A DNA stretch of 64,000 nt, taken from NCBI GenBank assembly GCA_905178155.1, contig CAJINV010000015.1, positions 1,477,400 through 1,541,399 of the forward strand, given 5' to 3'. The translations under genes were made by a program, and so were the position numbers. Shown piece by piece: positions 13,995-26,097 of the stretch (positions within the stretch are counted from its first letter, which is position 1; every line of letters begins with the position of its first letter). This DNA is from Amoebophrya sp. A120. Its lineage: Eukaryota; Protista; Dinoflagellata. The notes beneath the pieces are model-generated. The model did not search any database. It was not told where the DNA came from and was given only the letters and a program-made list of their open reading frames with translations.

Positions 13995-16869
13995 ATGTCG
14001 TCGGGTAATAATAACCCCTCTAGCAATCCCACCCCCGCCGGCGGGGGCGCAGCAGGCTTCCCCAGTTCGACCTCCTCACCGGCCCCTCCTTTCGGCGCCC
14101 CCGCGAGGGGCCCATTACCACCTCCTCCCGGGGCCTCGCAAGGCGGTTTCTTTCCCGCGACTGGGAACAGCCCCGCAACAAGCTCCAGCATATCAAATGC
14201 AAATATGTCTGGGGCTGGAAACTTGTGATGCAAGTCCGTGCACCATAAGTGCTCTGTAGTACTGCGGCGCCAAGCATGACAAGCTTTTTCGTGCTTCTGT
14301 GCTGCGTCTTTCGCATGAGAAACTGCGCTTTTGCATGACAGGCAAGAGGACCTCTTGGTGGCCACGCACTACAGAGTGCAGAGTCATGCCAGACTAGCAT
14401 GACAAACTTGCAATCAATCTTCCAGACCCAGACATATTTGCATTTGATACGGCAACAGAAACAACAACCTCTTCACAACTCAGGGTGTTGCTGGGGCGCA
14501 AACAAGGGAAGCCGGAGCGGGAGAGCAACAACACTCCGATAATTCTCAATCGTCAGAAGCACCTAACGCGAATAACAATCCCAACAACTCTCCCCTGGGG
14601 CGGTGGCTGAACGCGTTTCCGAATGCGGGGGGCGGCACCGCGGCCGCGGCCAATAACGAGATGGCCGAGCGGGCGCTGCGGCAGAATCACTACTCAATAC
14701 GATTGAGGATATGCTGCGAGGTCTTGCTCTTTCTGGGCTGCATACATCTCGGAATATTCTTATCAAAGTGTGAAAGAGTTTTTTTGCTGTACTCTTGCTT
14801 TGCAACACAGATTTTTGCTTACGCGAATTCGACGTTTCTGTCATGCTGGGTGTGCTGTACTAATAGTTAGTCTATTAGTATAAAAGTTGGGGATAGGGAA
14901 TTTGTGTTGCAAAGTCGGCATGTTTAGAAAAGTTGATACTCTCCGGATTGGTGGAACGGCGTGACGAACATCGGGATTGCGATATTGCTGTATAATATTA
15001 TGGTTCATTCTTTGTCATGCGTGACGACACGCTTGCAAATTACTTGCGGACAACACGCATGAAGTTTGGCCCTTCCCAGAACGAAGATTCCGTTCGATAA
15101 ATGAATGTCATAAAGTATCGAAACTATCTATCAAATGCAAATATGTCTGGGTCTGGAAACTTGTGATGCTGAGTTGTGAACAGTGAATCCTCTGTAATGC
15201 ACAGCCAAGCATGAGAAATATTTGCGCGGCTTAGACTTAGTGTTGCGCTTTCCGGATGACGAATTGCGTTTTGCATGACACGCAGGAGGGTCTCTTCCTA
15301 GACACGCACTACAAACTCTTCAGTCATGCCAGACAACCATGACAAACTTCCAGACCCAGGCATATTTGCAATGCATACTATCTGCAGGTCTACCTCCTTA
15401 TTTCGGCGCGCCTCGATCTCTATGCATTGCAAAAGTATCGTACTCGTATAAGTGCATTACAAATTTCCTCAGCGTGAGAAATAAGATTTGTCATGCGGAT
15501 TTGCCTGAAGAAAAAGATTTGTAATGCATAATTGCAATACGAGTGCGATACTTTTGCAGTTCATGATCTCCACGCTGGTTTCCGTCGTGCTTCTCTCTTT
15601 TCTCAACGCCCTCGTGCAAATGATCGCGCTTTTGTCTCTGCTGAAACTGGAGCTGTTCGACAAGGAAGAAGCGCCGGACCAACAAGTGTTGTTCATAGCG
15701 TACATTCTGCTCATTTTCTGCGACACCGTCACCATGCTCGTCACCGGAAACGCCAGCGCCATGCTGCTACGAGACGTGCTGCAGATAATACGTACTATCT
15801 AAGTTATAGTTATTCTACATTTTTGATTCAATGCATGTAAGTAACCAAAATGATCATGTTTTGCAACTGCTAAAACTGATGCTATGAAAATTGAAAAAAA
15901 ACAGTGCGACAAGAGCAGAGCAACGATCTGGAGAATCCGCTGTTGCAGGGTGCTATCAAATGTAAAAATGTCTGGGTCTGGGGAATTCTGACACTTGTCA
16001 TGCACGTTTTGCATGAGTCATGATGTCTATGATGCATCCCCTAGCAATACAGATTTTTTGAGGGCTTCTTGATGCGTATTCCGCATGGCAAATGCCTTCT
16101 CAGCGTAGCAAAAATTGCCTTTCCTTTGGTACTCATGCAATACAAATTTTTTTGGAATCCAAATGCAGCATCACAAGTTCGGATTCTTCCAGACCCAGAC
16201 ATTTTTACATTTGATAGATGCCTCCCCCCTAGGCGGCGGTGGCGGCGGCGGGACCGGCGGCGGGCCACCCAGAGGTATCGCAAGAAAAAAGTGTTACAGT
16301 TACACATTGTGTTGCAGGCCAAGCAAGACAGACAAGCTCTGTCATGCCGGATATGCATCGGAGCCTCCTTTCATAGGTGTTTTCCCGTAGGATTTCTGCA
16401 TTGCAAGTTTTCTCTCTCATGCAGAGAAATTTGTGTTGCTGAATTGACAACAAATGTGTAACTGTAACACTTTTTTCGTTCGATAAGAGGTCCCCAAAGT
16501 CCAGTGGATCCAGCGATGCAGCGCCCGGGCGACGCCCTGCAACCTTTCTCCTATCAAATGTAAAAATGTCTGGGTCTGGAAAGTTGGAACTTGTGATGCT
16601 AACTTTGGACTCTAAAAAAATCTGTATTGCATGACCAGCAAGAGGAGCCACATTTGTGCTACGCGAGGAGGGCATTTGTCATGCGGAAATGGCATCAGGA
16701 AGCTTTCCAAAAATCTGTGATGCTGGGTCATGCATTACAAGCATCATGGGTCATGCCAGACAAGCATGACAAACCTTCCATTCTTCCAGAGGCAGACATT
16801 TTTACACTTGATATCTCCGGGCGGGCTTTCAAACTGGACGAACCGAACGGGGCGGGCAGGAGGTTGTGA
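13995..16869 (+). CDS. Multi-pass membrane protein with Pro/Gly-rich ends and a C-terminal SHP-box-like motif (PFSGRAFKL)
   Basis: Reconstructed across 8 introners. Hydrophobic segments include ICCEVLLFLGCIHLGIF, WWNGVTNIGIAILLYNI, LVSVVLLSFLNALVQMIALL and VLFIAYILLIFCD. Ends ...LQPFSGRAFKLDEPNGAGRRL*. Start codon tentative. Confidence 0.7.
14191..14449. mobile_element. Introner intron, family A
   Basis: DR CAGCA/CGGCA; in frame. Confidence 0.9.
14761..14938. mobile_element. Degenerate introner intron
   Basis: TATCAA...TTGATA ends; DR decayed, but removing the element plus 5 nt restores frame. Confidence 0.6.
14999..15113. mobile_element. Short degenerate introner intron
   Basis: TATGGTTCATT...AATGAATGTCATA(A); DR AATAT/AGTAT; 120 nt removal is in frame. 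Confidence 0.6.
15129..15377. mobile_element. Introner intron, family A
   Basis: DR CTATC/CTATC. Confidence 0.9.
15421..15565. mobile_element. Introner intron, family B
   Basis: DR ATCTC/ATCTC. Confidence 0.9.
15954..16216. mobile_element. Introner intron, family A
   Basis: DR GGTGC/GATGC. Confidence 0.9.
16276..16485. mobile_element. Introner intron, family C (TIR TATCG..GAAAAAAGTGTTACAGTTACACA)
   Basis: DR AGAGG/AGAGG. Confidence 0.9.
16552..16813. mobile_element. Introner intron, family A
   Basis: DR TCTCC/TCTCC. Confidence 0.9.
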
Positions 16870-16884
16870 GCAACGCGTAGGCGA

Positions 16885-17252
16885 TATTACAATGAAAAAT
16901 GCCCCCACACTCGAACATGAGAGCATTTGTATTGCAAACCTTTCCAAATGAAACATTCGCCGTCTTGCATCTATCAGCATCACAGATTTCCAGTCGTGAA
17001 TAGCAAAAATTTGTATTGCAAAAGACCCCAGCAAGAGCGGCGCTTGTCATGCAAGCGATGCGATACACGCCTAGACTCTGCATCAGAAAGATTCAGACTC
17101 CTTTGATGCATGACGAAAAGTTTTCATTTGGAAACTTCGCATCACAAATTGTTGTGCGGTAAGGTGCCCTTACAGGTTGTGTAGTGGTTTCGGTCGGTTC
17201 AGCATCACAAATTGTTGCAACTTTGGGGGTGGGGGCATTTTTCACTGTAATA
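16885..17252. mobile_element. Introner-type MITE 15 nt after a stop codon (TIR TATTACA.TGAAAAATGCCCCCAC)
   Basis: DR GGCGA/GGCGA; internal TGTCATGC/GCATCACA motifs. Confidence 0.85.
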
Positions 17253-18000
17253 GGCGAGGTGAGTCGTGGCAGGTCAGTTGCAGGTTTTCACAACAGATTA
17301 CTTTCCTCCGCTTCTTCATCGTCAAGTACTCACTACTAGTGCCATACTTGCTTCAAGAACAACATGTCGATGTTGTTGAACAAGGTCTTCTACTCCAACC
17401 AAGCTCCCCTCGACCCTGGGTTCTTGTGTGCGCGACAACAGATACTTACTAAACCAGGCTCTGTGCGAGTGCGTAGTTTATACTAGTAAGCCACTAACAA
17501 GACGACGACCAACATCATCGCTCTGCTGAGATGAAGTAGATCATGGATTCACATAGAAGCAGTTTTTTGTCCGACTGATCTGAAGAAAAACAGATTTCTG
17601 TTTTGCTTGTCCGGTTGGAACGAAAAACTTGAGACATGAGGATCTAAACACCAACATAAAAACCATTTCTGCCAGCAAAAACCCGCATAGTTGTTATTTC
17701 GCCTAAGAGAAAATACAGAAACGCTATTCGATTTTCATCTCGAACGCGCCACACACCTCATTTTCCATCCACATATCAGAGCCGAGGAAGAATACTTAGG
17801 GATCGGCTACCTTTTGCGATAATTTCTTTCGAGTCTACATCTAAAGAAAGGAGCTGCGTTACAGATATTGGAAAATGAGAAGTTCTGTTTTATTGAACAC
17901 AAGACTGGACGAGTCCGATATTAAAAATCAGGAGGACTATCGCATTCCATTGCAAAAATTTTTCAAGAAACCTGTCAACACTGAGACTGCTCTCTGCCCT

Positions 18001-18545
18001 GCCACTCACTCCATTCTTGTGAGCAGTATTGCTTCAAAGATGCGCTTGGGCTTCTTTGCACGTTCTTGTTCACCAGATCCAGATCTGTCGGGACAACGAC
18101 AGATCCATAGTTAGGGGGTGGGACAGGAAGTAGACATTCACAGAATCTGGAGTAAAATGCCCATGATGTTTCTTTTATTGTGGTAGGAATAGGGCAGAGG
18201 TTTTTCAGGAAGACCGGTGGACACGGAAGGAAGACAAGACATGTTGAGAGACGGCACAAGTTAAGTGCTTGGTTTTTTTTTTAATATGCTAATTTTTTTT
18301 CCGTCTCTGCATCTGCTAGTGCAACACTAGCTTCCATTTTATCTTGGAGATGAGGGTTTTTGTTTGTGTTTGTCTTCGAAGAGTCCCCGCTTTTGTAACC
18401 AATGAATTTCTTAATCTTATCCTCATGGCGCGCGCGCGCTCTGGATACCTGCCACTCACTCCATTCTTGCGAGCAGTATTGCTTCAAAGATGCGCTTCTT
18501 GGGCTTCTTTGCACGTTCTTGTTCAGCAGCTCTGTCGGGACACAG
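18001..18545 (+). repeat. Imperfect ~90-bp direct repeat (18001-~18095 and 18451-~18545)
   Basis: GCCACTCACTCCATTCTTG.GAGCAGTATTGCTTCAAAGATGCGCTT... occurs twice. Confidence 0.8.
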
Positions 18546-18888
18546 AAATGTAGCAGCACCCGGCTTCAACGCTCAGCGTTTCTACTCCTAGCAAGTAGGG
18601 AGCAGCACCAATGCTCAAGATCTTCCTGACGAAAAATTTTCTTCTGTGGTCCGTTGCCATTTTCTTTTTTATAATTTTTTTACCGTCGCGAACGCTTGGC
18701 GTGACACAAATCGCGGACGCTTTTTGTGAACGAATATTGTATAATTGCATTGTATTGCCAGCGTCTTCGCGTTCATCCTTTATTTAGCTGGTAGTTGTCG
18801 TTGCTTGTGCTTTTCAGCACGATCGCAATTAAAAAGTTTTTTGTGGTAGCATCAGACATGGAACGTTAGAGTCTTCTGTAGGATCGAC

Positions 18889-21800
18889 ATGCGCGAGCTT
18901 TGGTCCAAGAAAAATGACGAGGGCGCGATACCAGGTTTGATGGAACAAGGCTGTGTAATTTGTCCACTCACAACTTCAGCGTTCTTGCTGTTGCAACTCC
19001 TGCACTCCGGGGCTTTTTGTGCGTCACACAACAAGTTGAAGTTGACGTTCATCTCATAGAGTTTTTCTCTCGGGTCGAAGAAGCACATCGTGAATATGCC
19101 CGACGCGACCACACGGGAACTCCTCCAGCTGTGCGAAAAAGCAGGTTGGAAGCCGGAACGAATCAATGGCAGCCATATTCGAGCGAACTCTTGATCGTGA
19201 TGAATCACGTCAGAAGTGTATAGGCTTGTGCCGGAGCCGGGGTTTATTTGGATAGATCATGATAGATGACGATGATGATGCAGAGGTCGTGTTGGTGGAG
19301 ACGCTTAGTCAAAAAGATTGCTCCTGGTCGTACAAGATATTTGCAGATTAAAAGACCAAGACATTTTTACTCCGACAACGACTTGTGCGTGCGTTCAAGA
19401 TCAAGATTTTGCTGTGATAAGTCACACGATTTTCACGCGACCGAACTGTGGGAGCTTTCCGATTGCTATCCATGGCAACCGGGTCCGGCCCGACGTCTGT
19501 CGCGGAGTCCTGCGGCACCTGCTTGCGCACGCCAGCTGCCCAACCCACAGCGGCACGGGCGCCAACGGGGAAAAGCTGCACTGCCTGTGTCGGCAGCGAG
19601 CAGACGGTGATCGGAAGGCGCGAACGTCGAGAGTCGTGGAGGGACAACAGCAAGAAGCGGAACTTGGAAGCAATCATGCAGGTGAGCCCCCGTTGTTCGT
19701 GCAGAACTCCGTCGAAGAAGAAAACGCTTCTGCTGGTCGGTGGAAAACGAAGACATCAGGTTCGGCTTCGTCGCACTTTGGCACGACGAGGAAAACAACC
19801 AAGATCGATGAGGAGGCGTGGAGACGATTAGAGCAACAGGCGGAGAAAGAGTACAAGGAGTACATGGAAATGCGAGCAGAGCAAGAAGCGAATTACAGTC
19901 AGAAAAAGCAAGAGGTTCACGCCCGTTTGAGGGAGGAAATCGAGCAAACCCAGTTCCATTGTCTTGACAAGGTGGACGCAGCACTGGCCAGGAGCGGGCG
20001 CGAGCCTGCGAGCAAAGCGGCCACGGCAAAGCTGGCGGGGACGAGACGCAGGGAGATCGAACAACTACTGAAGGAAACCAAGCCAATATGGTCCGGCTGT
20101 TTAGCGGACAAGTCGTGGCAGGAGAGCGTGCTGCACTTGGAGTTTTTTGCCGTGTTTCTGATGGCACGGGAAGCCATGTGGGGGCACAAACTGCATTGCG
20201 AGGAGCAGCAAAAGCTGCTTTTCTCTGCAGCGGCTCGCGCGATGGCATGGGGCGGGGACTTTTGGCGACAGCAGAAGAAGATCGCCACAGCACGAAAGAA
20301 ACTCGCGCGGTTTGTGTTCGAGGAGGCCGTGCTCCGCCCAATTGCGTTTGACTACTTCGCCTCCACGTTTTTGCGCAATTTGAAGAGTTGCTACAACTAC
20401 GAAGAAATCATGATAGAGAACGCGAGGGCGCTGGAACAAAAGAGCGAGCTACTTGGCGAGGCGGCAGTCCCGAAACTACCCCAAGAAGATGCCCGCGAGG
20501 AGTGCGACAGCCACGGCGCGGAACACGAAATACCTGGGCAAGAACGTGGGCGCCCCTGCTTGTTCGAGAAAGATCCCGACGCTCCTCCGGGACCGGGTTT
20601 GCAGCCCGAGACAAGCCCCCCAGACTGCGTGCATCATACACACACATCACCCGAGGGGCGGGAGCAGGCACGGCAGCTAGCGCAGCCAGAAACTGAGAAC
20701 AGGTCTGGTGCCCCACACAGGACCACGGGGGCTGCAGCCGCACATTCGAAAGCACAGAAGAAGGAGAACAAGAAGACATACAATTCCATTCTTGAGCACG
20801 CCTTCGACGACGACTTTAAGCGCATGATGGGCGCTTCGAAAACCGTGGTGCACTTGCTGTTCGAACACGTTCTTTTTCCGTGGTCGGCATGGGCGGATGG
20901 ACGGCGAGAAGAGATAGAAACACAACTTCGCAAACAGCGCTTGCGGGACCAGGAACAGCAATCGGCCCCTTGCATGGGAGGCGCAGCTGTACCACCACAG
21001 GACCCGCGTGTCGCAGTCAAAGCGGATGAAACAAGCGCTGTTGTCGTGCAAAATGACGGAGCGGAACAAGTTGGAAAAAGGGCAGTGGGGCAAGATGTTG
21101 GTGATGGAGAATGTAGTTCTGGAAGAGTAAAAATCGCCATCACAAATGCGGGGTCGCAGGAGGCGGATGCGGGAGAAGTGAAACCACCTGCCGCGGAGCA
21201 GCTGCAGCTTTGCGTGCTCGAAACTTCCTCTTCAGATCGCAATGCCAGCGAAGAAGAGGTGGTCAACAACATGGACGGTGAAAACAAGATTGCTGTGACT
21301 GTTACTAGTGCAGAAGTCGAGGCCGCGTTTCAGAACGAGCGACCGCCTGGGTCGGTGTTGTGTTGCCCCCGAGACAGCTTACCACTTCTTTATCGCATTG
21401 ATTTGAGTATGCGTGTGCGAGTAATATGTCGCACAACGCGGACCCATAGCGATTTGCATTCTGTATCTTATAGTTTTGCACATTTGGCGGAGGCTGCAAC
21501 ATGGACCAGCGCAACGATTGAAGTGCCTGGCAGGCATTGTTAAGAATGGCGAAAGTTCTGTTGGTTGCTGCTACTTTTTTTTTCCCATCAAAACGAGCAC
21601 ATTTCCTGTGTCATGATGAGAGAAGGATCGCTAGCTGTGCAGGTAGAATAATTTAAACCGCGCCGCATACCGCAGCTGTGCTTGCTCATAAAGCCCGTGG
21701 CTTAGGGCCAGGTAACATGGAATGGTACCAGAGGGATCTGGTCGCACAAGACGAGCGCGACGGGGCGATCGCGTTGCTGTTGGGGTGCTTAGAGCACCGG

Positions 21801-24800
21801 GGGCGTGACAGTGTGTTATTTTCCTGGCCGCGTGACCTCGAGGCAGAAGCACTGGCCCTGTTGACCGACATGGCCACGCGCGTGCTCCAGTGGCAGACTC
21901 AGACCAGCTCGAGCAAGGAGCCCCGCGAGCGGGTTAAGCAGTGCTACCAGCTGTGCACAAAGTTGCGGCAATTCCTCTCCGAGAAGCAGCGATATGAACA
22001 CCAAGAGCAGATCTTGGCGTCCTTTTCCCCCGATGGTGATGAAACTAAGACGACAAGCGAACACGGACCAGGTGCGGACGGGGAGAACGGGAAAGAAAAG
22101 CTGAGGGACCTCCGGAGCACGCTGGATAGCAAGCAGCATGCCCCCACGGTCTGTGTGAATGATCCACAAGATGCTGACGACGAAGAGGCAGAAGGGAGCA
22201 GCGAAAACGAAAGCGAAGCTGCCTCACCGACGAACCAACTTCTGCTGGCCGCCACGGGGATGAATCTTTGTCAGGGCCGTGGTACGTCCCAGTGTCGCTG
22301 GGATCCGGAGGTGATACGAAAGGGCCGCTTCATGCGGGTCCAAGTCGAGCTTTGTGGTCGGTTGGAGCCTATCTACGACCAGATTTGGAAGCTGTTCAGA
22401 CTCAAGGGCTACATGGAGGGCACGCCGTTCCGAGTCATATGCTCCAAAAATACTTTAGATTTCTCGCAGAAGTTCGCGCACGACAAAATTCAGATTTCTT
22501 GTAGCGCGCACGTTGTCCTGAAAGAAAATTCTAAACCTTGAGCTTGATTATACAAGACACGACGCGCCGCGAGCGAAATTATAGAAAAGCAAATAGACTG
22601 CCGTGCTGTCGTGCTGCAATTTATCTTCATTGATCGCTGCAAGAAGTTTTTTCGCGCGATGCTTGAAGGACAAAAACTGGGAGCCTGCGACCAAGTGTCT
22701 GGACGACATGATTTCACTGCTAGAAGAGTTTGAAAAATTCATCATCGATACATTCTGTGATGACAAAGCCTCGGAAGCTGGCACCAGCGAAAACGCGGCG
22801 CCGGCGACTTCTTCTCCCTTCTCGAGTGCCAACTCTCTTCGGTTTTTTACGCGAGCACACCAGAGCGATTTTGTGGTAGCGCGTGTGCTCTTCGATAAGC
22901 TCTTGCGGGATGCCTGCGGACTTCACGTCAGCCTCGCTATGTACGTGGACGCCATTCCTCTCTACCGGCGGGTAAACGAAGAGCTCTACTCATCTAACGC
23001 TCCATCGGGAAGTGAAACGGCTGATCTTGACGGCTTCGAAGCACGAAAACTCGCCAGGAGGCTCAACGCGACGCACGAGATGGAGCGCATGGTAGCGAAG
23101 TGCCAGTACCTGTGCGAATCGGGCCTGCGTCTGAACGAACTCTTTTACAAATTTGATTTCAATTGGATTGTGCGGCACGGTCCCTCCTTCAGCAACTGGC
23201 TTGGCAATCCAAAGTTTGGAGAGACGAGGATGATACTGCTTCTTCTCCGCTACTCACGTTTTCCTATCAAGTTGAAAATGGGAGATCTGCCTCCAAGACG
23301 GACTCGAGCGGGTTTGTACTGGGTTTGTAAATAAGGAAACAAAGGTGTACTTTGTTACAGGTGACAGACAACAACATCTAAGTACGCCTTTAGATACAAG
23401 TCTGCTTGTAGACAGCAACAGATGATTGTGATGCATCTAAATGTTTACTAAAGGTAAAGAAACAGGACGAGAACGCTTTTTGTGTGATGCAATGAGGAAG
23501 CCGAGGCCTAGAAGGTTGAGTACCACGACGTTTTCAGCTTGATACCCGCCCTCACGTTTGTGTTTGTTCCAGTTGTCACCCGAGAATATACCTGCGGAGC
23601 CGATTTTCCCGGCTGGGGGCTGGTGTACCTTCTCGCGGAGGCACTGACCGTCCTCTCCGTGCGACTGCTGGTCGAAGAGAAATTCCCCTTGCTCGAAGAG
23701 CCCTGGAGGCTGAGTACAGAAGGCTGGCTTTCGGAAAAGTGGATGCGGACGGCGGGCGATCACGTTGAAGGTTTTCCACCGCGAAATTCTGTACCGGAGC
23801 CCTTGGTGGAGAATGCGCACCGCAGATACCCGACCACGCTCTACTTCTTCACGAAACAGTATTTCAGCATCATTCCTTTCCTCGCCACCTTTTTACCTGT
23901 GACGGACGCCGTGCGGTGCTCGATGTCCTCCGCAGGGGATCATGTTGATGAACCAGCTGACGCAATAAAAGCGGCTGGTAGTGGAGTAACTACAGCTCTT
24001 GCGTCTTCTTTTCCCGACAGTGAAAGTTCGGCTCCGGTGCGGGAAGTACAAGTTGTATCATCGGCGTCCGAGACAACTACGTCGACGACCATATTAGATC
24101 CCATGGAAGTAGAACGCGACGAGCATGATAGTGGTTCCTCTACAAGCAGGGGAGCAACCGCATCTTCAGCAGCTCTCTTCACGACCACGCAATTGGTCGT
24201 GACAAAGACAACTACTGCAGCTAGCAGCAGCGAGCGCAAGGTCGGATTTCCGTCCGGGAGCAGTCTGGCCGACCTGCGCCGCGCCATCGAGCTGGCCCCC
24301 GAGGTGTACGGCGCGATGAGCGATTACCTGTTCAGCCGCACTAATCAGGGAGGAGGGACCGGTACAACGGGAACAGATCGAGTGGCGAAAATTCACCTCG
24401 GAGCGGGACGGCGTGTTCCCATGCCCGAAGCTTTTTGCCGCAAACTCTTCGTCCTGGCGGAACACGTTCGCTTCCAGTTGGAGACCCACATGCGCGGTCC
24501 ACCGGGAGAACAAGGGCGACGCGCGGGTCCGCCGTCCGTTCTCGCTGTGCGAGACGCTGCTGCACACATCTGGCCGAGACTGAGACCGTACCTGGCGCAG
24601 CAGGACCACAGGGACGCCAGTAAACAAGGGAATAAATCAACGTCCTCCAAGGCGAACAAACACCGGGCGAAAAGGCAGGGCAAGTGGGTGGGAAAGACGA
24701 TGAGCTTCGTCGAACTGGTGGGTACCAGCACGGAAGTGCGGCAGCTGCTCGAGAGGAAGAGAGAACTGGCAAGCGGTCTCTCACAGGTCTTGTTGGATTT

Positions 24801-25455
24801 CGCCAAGCGCCTGGGCCGCTGCACGCTCGATCCCGGTGAGCGTGACGACGATCTGGAACGGAAATTCATGCGGGAAGAATTTCTCGAGGAGGTGGAAGTC
24901 GTCGGGAAAGAGGTCGTGGCACCGACGTCCTTACGGAGTCGGGTCGACGGTCCTGCGGTGGAGAATAAGGATGCAGCTGACGACCTTTATAATGCCGAGT
25001 ACGCACGCTTCAATGCGGAGGACAGCTTGGACGAGACGGATTTTGAGTCCTTCCTCCTGAAACCCATGACGGAGAAGAACGCGCATCTGAAGCTGATGGC
25101 CATTTGCCGGGCCTGCCGCGAGCTGCGCGAGACGGCGCGGCGGCTGGATCGCATCCTGGCGCCGACGGTTTGCACCGGCGTCGAGAGTTTCGCGTCGGAA
25201 AACCGAAAGTCGGGGACGGAGGAGGCGATTGCAACCGGGTTGCAGCAGATCCGCGAGGTCCTGCTATCCTCCCGTGTAGTTGGCGGGGGCGTCGAGGACT
25301 CAAATGCAGCGAGTGCTGATGAACAATGGTGTTTGCTACGCGATGAGGAAATTTACAAGCCACCGAGCCGGGTGGACGAAGAAAAACTGTTGCCGACCTT
25401 GATGGTCGTGCAGGATATAAAAACAGATGAAGTGCTCAGAATCTTTGAGGTTTGA
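18889..25455 (+). CDS. Large multi-exon hypothetical protein (possibly more than one gene)
   Basis: Long + strand ORFs 19318-21543, 21678-22541, 22603-23334 and 23539-25455 separated by short AT-rich intron-like gaps; no recognised domain. Confidence 0.55.
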
Positions 25456-26097
25456 GCTCAGTTTGGAATCAACATCAGATTTCCGTGTTTTCAACAAAAT
25501 CATCATGTCGTGAGCTTTTGATGCTTGCGTTCTTGTTTCATATCATACATGATAGGTGGTTCTCGGGAAGAATTAGTGTTACGACAGATCATCTGCCAGC
25601 AGCAGATTGATTTGTCGCTCTTCCAACCTGGTTTCACTAGTTCCTCCATTCTGCCCACTTGGAGGAACACGTTGTTGTTCCTTGCTTCAGCCTGAACTTG
25701 ACTGCAGCCGTGCGTGCTTTTCCCTTTGTTTCCAGAGCGCAGCTGAATACCAAGTTTCTCATTGGTGTGGAGACAGAGAGAAGTGATTGGAAGAGCAGGC
25801 GGATCTTGAATATTGAATTACACAATCAATATCAAAATAACTAAGTGCCGCTGCCACCCGGAGGTCAAATCTTCGTGTTGTCCAATCTTCCACAGACCTG
25901 ACAGAGAGACTACTGCACTAGTGAAGGGAAATGAGATCCTTAGGAGACAAAAAAGTAAATACTTACCTGAATGAGAATCGTCCGGAACTGGAAGTCGCAT
26001 AAAACGTGCATCCTCTTCCACCTAGAGGACCGATTTTGAAACGATAAAATTGAAATCACATTTGCGCTCGTCCTGTCAGTGACAAACCTGACCAATT

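Noticed and set aside
19466-25363. Long minus-strand ORFs
   Set aside because: Shadows of GC-rich + strand exons with no independent motifs
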